DNA of 63,517 nt, filler included, from Archaeoglobus sp. JdFR-37 (lineage in GTDB: Archaea; Halobacteriota; Archaeoglobi; Archaeoglobales; Archaeoglobaceae), in the NCBI GenBank assembly GCA_002010215.1. It is 3 parts of 3 records of this genome, joined end to end, with 100 filler letters (N's around TTAATTAATTAA, not from the genome) between each part and the next. Parts side by side here need not be neighbours in the genome. Positions count along the whole stretch, not along the records: positions 1 to 27,058 come from MTMY01000015.1; 2 more parts are not named here. The stretch is one strand, 5' to 3'. Below, in pieces: positions 10,217-20,819 of the stretch (position 1 is the stretch's first letter; the number at the start of each line of letters is the position of its first letter). The position numbers were made by a program, and so were the translations under genes. Under the pieces are notes generated by a model that ran no database searches, was not told where the DNA came from, and saw nothing but the letters and a program-made list of their open reading frames with translations.

Positions 10217-11137
10217 TTACCTCTTTTTGCTACCAAACACCCGCTTTAGCTCTTCAACCTTCAAGTCACTTCCCACGAACACAGCTTTAGGTGCTGGGTT
10301 TAGATTCTCAACTCCTTGACCCACGATCTCCCATTCTCTGATTTCGTAGCTCTCCCCCGAAATCTGAAACATATACAAGCCATCGCACTCGACAAAGCCC
10401 TTGGCTCTTATCACCTTTCCGCACTCTCCCTTAACGAGCTTCTCCACCAGTTCTTCAAGCTCTCTCCTGCTGAATTTCTTCTGTGGCACGAGGGATAGAG
10501 ATTCGAGGGGAATGCCAAACTCAACGCTAAACTCTTTATCGTCAACCTCCCCCACATGCTCGCCCCCTTCCGGAACGAACTTGCTGTACTGAGTTCGGAC
10601 AACCATAGCTTGCGGGTTTATTTCTCTCATCATCTTCTCAATCTCATCTAGCTCTTCATTGCTTACGAGGTCAATTTTGTTGATGAGCAGGATATCCGCG
10701 GTTTCAATCTGATCCCGGTAGAACTTCCCGAACTCATGCACGAACTCCTGAAAGACAGTAGCATCCACAATTCCGATCACGGGCCTGATGGTATATTTTT
10801 CAGCATATCTGCACTTTTTTATGGCAACAAGCACATTTCTTGGTGTTGCTATGCCTGAAGGCTCTATGAGTAGCACATCTGGCTTTACGCTCTTATAGAT
10901 CATGTCGATGGTCTCTGGTAGGGACGCACGAAGAGAGCAACAGATGCACCCACTTGGAAGCTCTACCACTTCTAAGCCTCCTTTTCTGATAACTTCCCTG
11001 TCTATAGACAAATCTCCAAACTCGTTAACCAGTACTGCAATTTTCCTTTCTCCATCCTCAGCATATCTCCTGATGAACTCGAGGATGAATGTTGTTTTAC
11101 CGGCGCCAAGAAATCCTGAGACTATGATTATGTCCAT
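10217..11137 (-). CDS. CobW/COG0523 family G3E GTPase (metallochaperone)
   Basis: GFLGAGKTT, NEFG, GCICC metal motif, IEPSG, NKID and RAKG; start refined to MDIIIV. Confidence 0.9.
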   Translation of the reverse strand: MDIIIVSGFLGAGKTTFILEFIRRYAEDGERKIAVLVNEFGDLSIDREVIRKGGLEVVELPSGCICCSLRASLPETIDMIYKSVKPDVLLIEPSGIATPRNVLVAIKKCRYAEKYTIRPVIGIVDATVFQEFVHEFGKFYRDQIETADILLINKIDLVSNEELDEIEKMMREINPQAMVVRTQYSKFVPEGGEHVGEVDDKEFSVEFGIPLESLSLVPQKKFSRRELEELVEKLVKGECGKVIRAKGFVECDGLYMFQISGESYEIREWEIVGQGVENLNPAPKAVFVGSDLKVEELKRVFGSKKR

Positions 11138-11401
11138 AAACGAGCAGCATTTCCGGATATATTTAACTTTACTCTTTACAACTGGGGGCAACTAGGAGGG
11201 CTATCATAGCAGTCCAATTGCATACGAGGTCAAAAGCTTCTCAGGGTAGACTTCCGAATATACCTTAAGCTACTTAAGCTCTCACTTTCCAGCCCTATTC
11301 TAGAGTTCACAGCAGGTCAGCGAGTGAAAGTGGGCAAGTAATGGGTAGAGCGATGGGCGAATCGTTAACATTTTTATGATTAATTATTCTGAACCTTTTG
11401 G

Positions 11402-12808
11402 GTGAAAAGTATGGATGCAGGATTCAATGAAGTAATAATCCGATTAAAGTCGATTGTAGGGGAGAAATACGTAATTCTGGAACCAGACGGGTACCTCTAC
11501 GACGAAACCCCTGAACCCATCAGGCCAGGAGCATCAAGGGATGTTGTCATAGTGAAGCCATCCAACCCTCAACAGATCTCAGAAATTCTGAAGCTGGCAA
11601 ATAGGCTGAGAATTCCGATCTTCGTAAGAGGTGGCGGAACCGGACTGAGTGGCGGGGCAGTACCAACAAGGCCCGGCATAATCCTCTCAATGGAGAGACT
11701 CAACAGGATACTTGAAATCGATGCAGACAACCTGATGGTGGTTTGTGAAGCAGGAGTTACTCTGAGGGAATTGCTTGAGGCTATTGACAAGATTCCCGGG
11801 CTCTCATTCCCACCACATCCCGGAGATGAGAGTGCGCAGATAGGAGGGCTTGTCGTGAACAACGCTGGTGGAGCGAGAGCCGTAAAATACGGTGTTATGA
11901 GGAACTATGTCGTCGGAATCGAAGCAGTTCTGCCAACGGGGGAGATACTTCAACTGGGCGGGAAGGTCATCAAAAATGCTACCGGCTACGATTTGCTCCA
12001 TCTTATTGTTGGTTGTGAGGGTACGCTCTGTGTTGTGACAAAGGTTGTACTCCGCCTTATTCCAGAGCCCGGTGCAACCTACACACTGGTCATACCCTTC
12101 AATAATCCTGAAAACGCAATTAAAGCCGTTCCTGAAATTCTAAGAAGTGGAGTGGTTCCGCTGGCCATCGAGTATATGGATATAGACGCCATAAAGGCTG
12201 GAGAGAAAGTGACGGGGAAGAGATGGCCGTACAGGGGTGGCAAAGCCCATCTTATGGTAATTATTGACGGAAGGAGCGAGGATGAGCTGATTGAAAAATC
12301 AGAGCTGATTGAGGAAGCTGTGAAGAAACATAATGCCTTAGATGTGCTGGTTGGGACTAGCAGGAAAGAACAGAGGGACATTCTGGACATCAGGAGCCTG
12401 ATTTATGAGGGGCTGAAGGATGAAACAATTGAGGTACTAGATGTTTCCGTTCCTCCTGCAAGCATAGCAGAGTATGTGAAGCGATGTCAGGAGGCTGCTG
12501 ACAGAATTGGCATTACTGTTCTGCACTTCGGGCATGCAGGGGATGGGAACGTTCACCAACAAATACTGAAGTCAGGGCTGAGAGAGGAGGAGTGGCGGAA
12601 GAAATATGAGGAGTTCAAGGAGTTCGCATTCAGGGTTGCAGGGGAGTTTGGTGGATACATTACAGGAGAGCACGGCATAGGAGTGGTAAAGAAGGAAGAC
12701 ATGCGAAAAACTATGCCAGACAAGGCAATTGAGCTGATGAAAGCTATAAAGAAGGTTTTCGACCCTAACAACATCCTGAATCCAGGGAAGGTTGTGGATG
12801 TGGAGTAA
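11402..12808 (+). CDS. FAD-linked oxidoreductase, GlcD/D-lactate dehydrogenase family
   Basis: RGGGTGLSGG, NNAGGARAVKYG, GHAGDGNVH, GEHGIG and FDPNNILNPGK. Confidence 0.88.
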   Translation: MKSMDAGFNEVIIRLKSIVGEKYVILEPDGYLYDETPEPIRPGASRDVVIVKPSNPQQISEILKLANRLRIPIFVRGGGTGLSGGAVPTRPGIILSMERLNRILEIDADNLMVVCEAGVTLRELLEAIDKIPGLSFPPHPGDESAQIGGLVVNNAGGARAVKYGVMRNYVVGIEAVLPTGEILQLGGKVIKNATGYDLLHLIVGCEGTLCVVTKVVLRLIPEPGATYTLVIPFNNPENAIKAVPEILRSGVVPLAIEYMDIDAIKAGEKVTGKRWPYRGGKAHLMVIIDGRSEDELIEKSELIEEAVKKHNALDVLVGTSRKEQRDILDIRSLIYEGLKDETIEVLDVSVPPASIAEYVKRCQEAADRIGITVLHFGHAGDGNVHQQILKSGLREEEWRKKYEEFKEFAFRVAGEFGGYITGEHGIGVVKKEDMRKTMPDKAIELMKAIKKVFDPNNILNPGKVVDVE

Positions 12809-12924
12809 AAGATATTGGTGTATATGTGGTGTGAGGCAAAACTAGATTGAGTGAAGGGATCAAGATTTTCAAGAAGATTTTCAACGATAAAAAACTTCTT
12901 AATCCCCAAATCCAAGAAAGCTCC

Positions 12925-13797
12925 ATGGAAAAAATCAATGTCCTCGTTGAGGCTCTGCCGTATATCAGAGAGTTCCACGGCACCACCATGGTGATAAAAC
13001 TGGGTGGACACGCCATGGTAAATGAGGAAATTTTGGAGAAAACCATCAGAGATATCGTACTCTTGTACTTCGTCGGCATAAAGCCGGTAGTTATACATGG
13101 AGGTGGGCCGGAAATCTCGGAAAAAATGCAGAAATTTGGAATCTCCCCCAAATTTGTTGATGGATTGCGAGTGACAGACGAGCAGACAATGGAAATCGTC
13201 TCAATGGTTCTTGATGGTAAGATAAATTCCAAAATAGTTGCGACTTTCATAAAGAATGGTGGAAAGGCTGTTGGTCTTAGTGGGAAGGATGGTCTGCTCA
13301 TAGTTGCTAGGAAAAAGAAAATCAAGAAAAAGCTTGGTGAGACAGAGGTTGAGCTTGATCTGGGCTATGTTGGAGAAACTGAATACGTTAATCCCGAACT
13401 GATAAGAATTCTGGTGGATAATGGGTTCATTCCAGTCATATCTCCTGTTGCAACAGATCTTGAGGGTAAAATCTACAATATGAATGCCGATAGCGTTGCG
13501 GGAGATGTGGCTGCAGCCCTTAAAGCGAAGAAACTCATAATGCTGACAGATGTGCCAGGTTTGCTGAGAGACATCAACGATGCCAGTAGCCTTATCACTA
13601 GGCTCAGCCTTGAAGAGCTGGAAGAAATGCTGAGTTCTGGTAAGCTCCAAGGGGGGATGATTCCGAAAGCTGAGGCAATCGTCAAAGCAATCAAAGGGGG
13701 TGTTGAGAGGGCACACATCATCAACGGGAGCCGAGAGCATGCAATACTCCTTGAGCTCTTCACAAAGGACGGGATAGGCACGATGATAGAGAAATGA
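12925..13797 (+). CDS. argB: Acetylglutamate kinase
   Basis: EALPYI, IKLGGHAM, HGGGPEI, GLRVTD, NMNAD and GGMIPK; start refined to MEKINVL. Confidence 0.95.
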   Translation: MEKINVLVEALPYIREFHGTTMVIKLGGHAMVNEEILEKTIRDIVLLYFVGIKPVVIHGGGPEISEKMQKFGISPKFVDGLRVTDEQTMEIVSMVLDGKINSKIVATFIKNGGKAVGLSGKDGLLIVARKKKIKKKLGETEVELDLGYVGETEYVNPELIRILVDNGFIPVISPVATDLEGKIYNMNADSVAGDVAAALKAKKLIMLTDVPGLLRDINDASSLITRLSLEELEEMLSSGKLQGGMIPKAEAIVKAIKGGVERAHIINGSREHAILLELFTKDGIGTMIEK

Positions 13798-13806
13798 TGC
13801 GTTAAT

Positions 13807-14589
13807 GTGGTGGCGGAGATGAAGCTGGATAAGCTGGGAGTTCAGCCCGATATAACCCATGATCTGGCGAAAGCATTTGAATTCGCTGCTCAGCATGGTT
13901 TTTATCATATCGAACTTCTCCTCGACCACCCTTACTATTCCCTTGACGTGCTGAATCCCGAAGAGGTGTTGGAACTGAAAGAGGTCAGCGATGTGGATGT
14001 AATTCTCCACGCCTCTGCTGTTAACACAAACTTCATTGCCACAAGCAGCGTGATGAGGAGGGCAAGTTACGATGAACTTCTGAGAACGATTACCTTTGCC
14101 GAGAAAGTGGAAGCAGAACTGATTACGTTCCATATAGGATGGAATCCTGGATTCATAACTTCAAAAGGATTCTATTTTGACCAGAAGCTTTACGATGAGC
14201 ACAACTACAGAGTCCTGAAGGAGGAGATGATTCCCTTCCTGAAGGAGCATGATAGCATTCTTGCCATCGAAAACACCATAGAGATCAGCGGGGGGCTGAG
14301 AAGGGCAATGAAAGAGATACTGGATGAAACTGATGTTAAGCTGACGTTTGACATTGGTCATCACAGCATAAAGGGCGGCCATGACATCTTCGTCAGCAAC
14401 TTCTACAGGGTTGTCAATGTGCATCTGCACGACAACGACGGCAGAGTTGATGAACACCTTCCATTGGGTGAGGGAAGAGTTGATCTAAGCATAATTCCTG
14501 AATCATTCGATGGCTTTTTAACCTTGGAGCTTCGAGATGAGGATGCAATATTGAAATCTAAGGAATATGTTGAGAAGTGGAGAGGTTGA
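13807..14589 (+). CDS. Sugar phosphate isomerase/epimerase-like TIM-barrel protein
   Basis: IEN, TFDIGH, VHLHDNDG..DEHLPLGEG and TLE metal-binding motifs. Confidence 0.8.
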   Translation: MVAEMKLDKLGVQPDITHDLAKAFEFAAQHGFYHIELLLDHPYYSLDVLNPEEVLELKEVSDVDVILHASAVNTNFIATSSVMRRASYDELLRTITFAEKVEAELITFHIGWNPGFITSKGFYFDQKLYDEHNYRVLKEEMIPFLKEHDSILAIENTIEISGGLRRAMKEILDETDVKLTFDIGHHSIKGGHDIFVSNFYRVVNVHLHDNDGRVDEHLPLGEGRVDLSIIPESFDGFLTLELRDEDAILKSKEYVEKWRG

Positions 14590-14662
14590 GATTGGTATTG
14601 GATGTATCAGACCCGATGATGAAGTTGAAGTTAAAGATACAAGATGAGAGGTGGAAAAATTG

Positions 14663-15880
14663 ATGGCGAGAGAGCTTGAATTTGAGGGACATCTGATAGA
14701 TTCCATGATATTTCCGAAGGTTCTGGACACGATTCTGGATTTGGAAGGAGAATTTGAGATTCTGGAATTCAGGATAGGGAAGAAGAAGGAGGATTACAGC
14801 TATGCTAGGATCATAGTTTTTGGCAGGGATGAGACACATCTCGAAAGCATATTGAAAGAACTTCATAAGCTTGGAGCTCGGGTTCCTGATGCGGAAGACG
14901 TCCAGCTTGCTCCAGCTCCCGGCGATAGGATTCTGCCTGAAGGCTTCTATGTTACAACCAACCATCCAACCTATGTCCATCATAACGGAAGGTGGGTGGA
15001 GGTTGAGGACATCGGAATGGACAAAGTAATAGCTGTAAGGAATGGGAGAGCTTTATGCCTGCCCATTGATGAGATACGGAAGGGAGACTTGGTGGTAATA
15101 GGTGAAAAAGGCGTCAGGGTAATCCCTCCTGAGAGACCCAGAAAGGCGACGCACTTCCAGTTCATGGGTGGACAAGTTTCTTCTGAAAGACCAACTGAAG
15201 AGCTCATAGAGATAATTGCCGAGGAAATAGCGTCGTTGAAGAAAAATGGCGGAAAAATAGCCGTTGTTGCTGGCCCGGCTGTAAACCATACTGGTGCGAG
15301 AGATGCGCTGGCGGGGATGATAAGGGATGGCTACATTGACCTCCTGCTTGCTGGCAATGCGGTTGCAGTTCACGACATTGAACTCTCAATCTTCGGCACG
15401 TCCCTCGGTATGGATATCGAAACAGGCAGACCCGTTCCCGGAGGGAATAGACATCACCTTTATACCATCAGCAGGGTGATAGCTGCCGGGGGCATAAAGG
15501 AGGCAGTGGAGAAGGGAGTGATAAAGGACGGGATAATGTATGAGTGCATAAAGAACGATGTCCCCTTCATTCTTGCCGGCTCAATAAGGGATGATGGCCC
15601 GCTGCCTGAAGTCATCACAGACGTCATGGAGGCCAAAAAAGCCATGAAAGAGGCTCTTAGGGGAATAAACATGGTAATAATGCTGGCCACAATGCTCCAC
15701 AGCATTGCAGTCGGAAATCTACTCCCCTCAACTGTAAAGACTGTTTGCGTGGACATCAACCCGGCAACTGTAACAAAACTCATGGACAGGGGAACTGCTC
15801 AGGCCATAGGTGTCGTCACTGATGTGGGGCTCTTTGTTCCGAAGCTTTATCAGATGTTGAAGGAAATAGAGGAGAGGTAA
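14663..15880 (+). CDS. TIGR00300 (LOR/SDH-domain) family protein, probable ornithine cyclodeaminase
   Basis: GHLIDS, FYVTTNHPT, AGNAVAVHDIE, LAGSIRDDGPLP, MLHSIAVGN and KLMDRG. Confidence 0.8.
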   Translation: MARELEFEGHLIDSMIFPKVLDTILDLEGEFEILEFRIGKKKEDYSYARIIVFGRDETHLESILKELHKLGARVPDAEDVQLAPAPGDRILPEGFYVTTNHPTYVHHNGRWVEVEDIGMDKVIAVRNGRALCLPIDEIRKGDLVVIGEKGVRVIPPERPRKATHFQFMGGQVSSERPTEELIEIIAEEIASLKKNGGKIAVVAGPAVNHTGARDALAGMIRDGYIDLLLAGNAVAVHDIELSIFGTSLGMDIETGRPVPGGNRHHLYTISRVIAAGGIKEAVEKGVIKDGIMYECIKNDVPFILAGSIRDDGPLPEVITDVMEAKKAMKEALRGINMVIMLATMLHSIAVGNLLPSTVKTVCVDINPATVTKLMDRGTAQAIGVVTDVGLFVPKLYQMLKEIEER

Positions 15881-15898
15881 TACTGGATCAATCTGGAG

Positions 15899-16435
15899 GT
15901 GAGTTATATGCTGGAAATTATGAGAAAGAGAAGAACTATAAGAATCTACCAGGACAAAGATGTCTCAGACTCTCTCATCCAGGAACTTCTTAAGGCTGCC
16001 TTTTTCTCACCATCCTCCAAGAATCTGAGGCCATGGCACTTCATAATCGTGAAGGATTCTGAGATGAGACGAAAGCTCTCAGAAGCAACGCCTTGGAGCA
16101 GACCAGCAGAGAGGGCACCGGTGGTGATAATTGTTCTTGCAGAAGAGCTGTCGGAGAAGTGGATAGAGGACTGCGCCATTGCTGCGGAACACATCCAGCT
16201 TGCAGCCACAGAGCTTGGCTTAGGAGCATGCTGGCTGCAGATAAGAGGGAATATGCACGGCGATGAGCCGGCTGAGGATTATGTAAAGAGGCTGCTGAAC
16301 ATTCCTGATAATTTCAGGGTGGAATGCATGGTCTCTGTCGGATATCCTGCTGAAGAGAAAGAGCCACATTCTGAGAGTAAGGTGAGATGGGACAGGGTTT
16401 ACGCTGAGAAATTTGGAGTTAGGTGGAAGGAGTAA
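15899..16435 (+). CDS. Nitroreductase family protein
   Basis: RRTIRIY, SPSSKNLRPWHF and LGLGACW. Confidence 0.9.
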   Translation: MSYMLEIMRKRRTIRIYQDKDVSDSLIQELLKAAFFSPSSKNLRPWHFIIVKDSEMRRKLSEATPWSRPAERAPVVIIVLAEELSEKWIEDCAIAAEHIQLAATELGLGACWLQIRGNMHGDEPAEDYVKRLLNIPDNFRVECMVSVGYPAEEKEPHSESKVRWDRVYAEKFGVRWKE

Positions 16436-16514
16436 AAAGAGGTCACTGGTAGTTATTGAACCTTTTTTCTGTCCCGTTTTTTCGTTTTAGTTGTATGCTT
16501 AATTCACCAAAAAG

Positions 16515-16533
16515 ACTATCGGATACCGATAGT
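16515..16533. promoter_or_regulatory. Perfect palindrome, candidate PadR operator
   Basis: ACTATCGG-ATA-CCGATAGT immediately upstream of the TATATAAT box of the padR operon. Confidence 0.55.
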
Positions 16534-16564
16534 GATATATAATGTTTTCATCAAAGCTTCATCA

Positions 16565-17083
16565 ATGTCGGACACGTGGCTGAAGGGCATGTTAAAACTG
16601 CTCATTCTAAAGGAGCTTGAAAGCGGAGAGGCAACAGGTTACGAGCTTATTGATAGAATAGGGAGAATCACATCGAAAAAGCCTTCTCCCGGCTCTGTCT
16701 ATCCCCTTCTTGGTGAGCTTAACGACAAGGGCTTTCTTGAAGTCTCTATTCAAGGGAACAAGAAGATCTACTCCCTTTCCAGAAAAGGGGAGAGGGCTCT
16801 TGAGGAGCTGAAAGAGCGAGAAAGAAGGCTGATACTCGATAAGATGAGGTTCTTGATGGAAACGGGCATTCTTTCAGGTGAGAGCATTGATGAAGCTGTG
16901 AATTTTGTCATGAAGAGGAGGGAAAAAAGGTGGGAGCTTTTCAGAATTAAAAACTGGTTCAGACTTCAGGAGGCGCTCCTAAAGGCCTACAGAAAAAGCC
17001 CGGAAGAGACTGAAAAGATTATTGAAGATGCAATAAGGATGTTTGAAGCTATTGAAGGTGGTAAGCGTGATGAGGATGTTTAG
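16565..17083 (+). CDS. PadR family transcriptional regulator
   Basis: LKLLILKEL..TGYEL..PSPGSVYPLL..KKIYSLS..G winged helix. Confidence 0.88.
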   Translation: MSDTWLKGMLKLLILKELESGEATGYELIDRIGRITSKKPSPGSVYPLLGELNDKGFLEVSIQGNKKIYSLSRKGERALEELKERERRLILDKMRFLMETGILSGESIDEAVNFVMKRREKRWELFRIKNWFRLQEALLKAYRKSPEETEKIIEDAIRMFEAIEGGKRDEDV

Positions 17084-19175
17084 GATTTTTTCTACGGCGG
17101 TTTTAACGATTCTTCTGCTAACTCTGGGAATTGCCAGTGCCGATAGTGCAGACTTCGAATTTCACGTCTCGCCGGTCAGGGACACTTTCTACCCGGGAGA
17201 AGAGACCGTTTTAACACTGCTGATCGAGAATGATGCTAAGGTTAGCAATTTTCCTGTAAATGAAAACACATCCAAGCTTCTGTCTCTCATTACTACTGCC
17301 AAGAATCTCAGGGTTGAGCTAAATGACAACTATCCCGTTGAGGTGAAAACGATCAATCCGCAGCTTGCCGGAGATCTTCCTTCAGGGATGGTTTCCAAGG
17401 TATCGTTCAAGATAGGAATTGATGTGAGTGCTGAAGAGAAGGAATACAGCTTAACGGTAAAGATCCACTACACCTATGCAAGCTACTCCATTGACCCAGC
17501 CACAAATTCTGTTTTTATCTCCTACGACGACGATGTTTATCTCAAGAACATCAACATTCTGATAAGCAGAAAGGACTACGATTTCAACGTCAAAATTCTG
17601 AATTCAACAATTATGGCCGGAAAGGAAAGTGTTGTGAATGTTGAAGTGATTAACACCGGCAAAAACCCGTCTTACAATACCTATGTCATTCTGAACGCAA
17701 CACCACCTTTGATGGCAAATCCGACAGCGATGATGGCATATATTGGTGACTTAAACCCGGAAGAGAAGAAATCTGTATCTTTCAAGGTGTATGCTGCCGA
17801 AAATGCATTGAATCAGAGTTATCCTATACGGTTCATTATTAAATTTAACGATGCTGCTGACTTTCCTAAAACAGCTGTAAAAACAGCTTCACTGTCAGTG
17901 GAAGGGAATGAGGTTATAGAAGTGGTGAGTCATCGGAGCATTCTAACCCCTCCCAGATATGTTGCCGTCAGGCAGAAAATCGGCCTCTCACTCCCATCTA
18001 TTCCACAATCTTTCTCTTTTCAATCTCTTTCTCAAACCAAAATTGAATCAAGTTCAGCTTCCAGTGTCTTAACCATCCCCTCCAGAGGCTTTGTAGAGGT
18101 TACCATCCAAAACAAAGGGGAGGAGATGAGGGATGCCGTCGCCATTCTATCCTTCGACACTCCACTCATCCGGGTTGAGAATTCGCCCTATATAGGCTAT
18201 TTTGAGGAGAACGACACTGTCAGGGTTGTATTCGATGTGGAAAACCATGCTCAGGAAGGGAAATACAGGGGATGGGTTGCGATCAAATACAGAAACCCAC
18301 AAGGAGATGAAGTTCTGACTGAAAAGCATTACATTGGTGTTGAGGTGGGAGACAGCCCTCTGCAGATAAAAGAGGTTAAAGCAGACCTCTCAGCCGGGCA
18401 GAAGAGCGAGATTGTGGTGGAGGTGGAGAACAGAATCAAGGAGGAGCTCAGAGACGTTGAGCTGAGCATTCTGTCACCAGAGCTCACCATAACACCTTTG
18501 ACAACGACCGCTTTCATTGGAACTCTGGAAAGTAGCAAGACTGGAAGCGCAAAATTCAGGGTTGAAGTGGACGATGACGCTGTTCTGGGGAATTACATTC
18601 TCTATCTGCTGGAGAGATTTGAGGTAGATGGATCAGAGATTGTAAGTACAGCCACCATACCAATCTCGGTAAAGTCCAGAGGAGTGAAAATAGAGATAAC
18701 ATCGGTTGAAGCTTCGCTCTACCCTGATTCGACAGGTGAGGTTGTTATAAAGCTGAAAAACTCAGGCAGCACCCTTTACAACACTGTCGTAATGCTAGAG
18801 GTGTCTCCGCCTCTCTCAGTGGCTGGAGGAAGCTCTCTGGGCAGCCTTGTTGGCCAATCACAGCCCGGCATGTACTTCATCGGAACTCTTGAGCCAGACC
18901 GCATTGCGACGGTCAAATTCAGAGTGAAGGTCGATAAGGATGCAGGAGCCGGCAGCCATCCCGCAAGCCTGAAGCTGAGTTATTACGATGCTGAAGGCTA
19001 TAAGCATGAAACCAACAATTTCCCCATAGCACTGGAGGTAAAGGAGAAGCCTGTGATAACTCCCGTTCTTTCCGCAGCGGTTGTAATGGGGTTGATAGCT
19101 TTGACAATAGCGGCAGTTATTGTAAGGAGGAGCAGAGCCAAGAGGAAACTTCAAGCAAATCAGGGAGAGAAATGA
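17070..19175 (+). CDS. COG1361 S-layer-like multi-Ig-domain surface protein
   Basis: Signal peptide, repeated V-x-N-x-G / YIG-x-L-x-P beta-sandwich units, C-terminal TM helix with basic tail. Confidence 0.78.
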   Translation: MRMFRIFSTAVLTILLLTLGIASADSADFEFHVSPVRDTFYPGEETVLTLLIENDAKVSNFPVNENTSKLLSLITTAKNLRVELNDNYPVEVKTINPQLAGDLPSGMVSKVSFKIGIDVSAEEKEYSLTVKIHYTYASYSIDPATNSVFISYDDDVYLKNINILISRKDYDFNVKILNSTIMAGKESVVNVEVINTGKNPSYNTYVILNATPPLMANPTAMMAYIGDLNPEEKKSVSFKVYAAENALNQSYPIRFIIKFNDAADFPKTAVKTASLSVEGNEVIEVVSHRSILTPPRYVAVRQKIGLSLPSIPQSFSFQSLSQTKIESSSASSVLTIPSRGFVEVTIQNKGEEMRDAVAILSFDTPLIRVENSPYIGYFEENDTVRVVFDVENHAQEGKYRGWVAIKYRNPQGDEVLTEKHYIGVEVGDSPLQIKEVKADLSAGQKSEIVVEVENRIKEELRDVELSILSPELTITPLTTTAFIGTLESSKTGSAKFRVEVDDDAVLGNYILYLLERFEVDGSEIVSTATIPISVKSRGVKIEITSVEASLYPDSTGEVVIKLKNSGSTLYNTVVMLEVSPPLSVAGGSSLGSLVGQSQPGMYFIGTLEPDRIATVKFRVKVDKDAGAGSHPASLKLSYYDAEGYKHETNNFPIALEVKEKPVITPVLSAAVVMGLIALTIAAVIVRRSRAKRKLQANQGEK

Positions 19176-20773
19176 GGGAAGTTGAAAAAATTGAGAAGAT
19201 GGAAAAAATCACAAAAACGAGAAATCCGTGGCTCTCGCTGATTCCGGTAGCCATCGGAGTTTTCATGGTGATGCTGGACACTAGCATACTGAACATAGCG
19301 CTTCCAAGCATTGCTGAGGAGTTCAACGCATCTGCATCCGACGTTCAGTGGCTTCTCAATGCATATCTCATAACTCTGGTGGTGCTGCTCGTCACCTTCG
19401 GAAGGCTAGGGGACATGGTGAAGAGAAATCTGCTCTACGTCACAGGAATGGCAGTATTCATTGCTGGCAGTTTTCTCTGTGCAAAATCCTGGGATATTCT
19501 GGTTTTCGTCTTGGCGAGAATAATCCAGGCAATTGGTGGAGCAATAATGCTGGGGAACAGCATGGCCCTCATCACGGAACTCTTTCCTCCGGGTAAAAGG
19601 GGGGCTGCTATGGGCTTGAATTCAATACTCATTGCATCCTCTTTCGCTTTTGGGCCAGTGATAGGCGGGTGGCTTACGACGCATCTAAGCTGGCACTGGG
19701 TTTTCTACATCAACTTGCCTGTAGGTCTTGCCGGCATAGCTCTTGGATTAACCCTGCTCCCTTCCATGGGGGAAAAAGCTAAGGTGCCAATAGATGTGCT
19801 TGGGCTAGCTCTCCTCTCGATTTCTCTGGGCTTTCTCACTCTTGGAATCATTCAGGGTCAGGACTGGGGGTGGGGAGATGATAAAACCATTGCATCATTC
19901 ATGGTGGCATTTTCATACCTCACTGCTTTCATTGTGAGGGAGTTAACATACGAGCATCCAATCCTTGATTTAAAGTTATTCAAAATAAGAAATTTCACAG
20001 CGGGAGTTACAGCCCTATTTTTCATGTCAATGGGCCTCTCAACCTCTCTGTTTCTCATGCCCTTCTTCCTGCAGGGGATAAAGGGGTTGACTGCTGAGCA
20101 GGCGGGGCTCTGGATAATGCCAATACCCATCGTGAATACTGTTATAGCCCCGCTAGCTGGCAGGCTTAGCGATAGGATGAATCCGAAAATAACTATGTCT
20201 ATAGGGCCCGTTGTGTTCTCTGTCGGACTCTACCTCCTCAGCAAAATTGATGCAGATGTAACCTTCTGGGAACTGCTACCAGTTCTCCTCCTCATTGGCT
20301 CCGGCATGGGCCTTATAATGCCCCCTGCTATGAATGTCATGATGACCTCAGCTCCACCCCACAAAGCAGGGATGGCAAGTGGAACAATTCAGACCTCAAA
20401 TTCCCTTGCAAGAGCCATGGGGGTATCGCTGGGTGGAATACTCTTTACAGGGAAGATGAATGAGCTGATTCCAAACTTCGGGAATGTCATCCCGAATCCA
20501 ATGCAGATAAAAATCCTTGAGGTTATTGCTATAAAGGGCTATGCTGCGCCCCTCGTTATGATAACCGAAGCATTCATGAGGAGCTTTAGGAGCGTCTTCC
20601 TGAATTCCATACCTTTCATCCTGACAAGCCTGTTTATCGTGCTGGTGTTTTTGAGAGGGAAGGAGCATCTCGAGGTGATTGGGAGGTCTGGTTCTCTCGT
20701 CACCTCACCTGAACGAATTCAGAGGAGCGAGTTCCCACCACCAAACTCAGGTGGTGAACGAAAAACAATGTAG
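19172..20773 (+). CDS. DHA2 (EmrB/QacA) family MFS efflux transporter
   Basis: MVMLDTSILNIALP, GRLGD, GPVIGGWL and WHWVFYINLP; about 14 TM segments. Confidence 0.92.
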   Translation: MREVEKIEKMEKITKTRNPWLSLIPVAIGVFMVMLDTSILNIALPSIAEEFNASASDVQWLLNAYLITLVVLLVTFGRLGDMVKRNLLYVTGMAVFIAGSFLCAKSWDILVFVLARIIQAIGGAIMLGNSMALITELFPPGKRGAAMGLNSILIASSFAFGPVIGGWLTTHLSWHWVFYINLPVGLAGIALGLTLLPSMGEKAKVPIDVLGLALLSISLGFLTLGIIQGQDWGWGDDKTIASFMVAFSYLTAFIVRELTYEHPILDLKLFKIRNFTAGVTALFFMSMGLSTSLFLMPFFLQGIKGLTAEQAGLWIMPIPIVNTVIAPLAGRLSDRMNPKITMSIGPVVFSVGLYLLSKIDADVTFWELLPVLLLIGSGMGLIMPPAMNVMMTSAPPHKAGMASGTIQTSNSLARAMGVSLGGILFTGKMNELIPNFGNVIPNPMQIKILEVIAIKGYAAPLVMITEAFMRSFRSVFLNSIPFILTSLFIVLVFLRGKEHLEVIGRSGSLVTSPERIQRSEFPPPNSGGERKTM

Positions 20774-20819
20774 TCGCAATCGATATATACAATTTAATCA
20801 TTAAGATATTTGATGCAGT

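Noticed and set aside
11190..11400. Weak hairpins and short repeats here and at 24470-24710 as possible ncRNAs
   Set aside because: Stems are short and match no RNA family I can recognise.
14586..14663. 25-codon TTG ORF overlapping both the upstream stop and the downstream ATG
   Set aside because: No motif support and easily arises by chance; the downstream gene has its own RBS.
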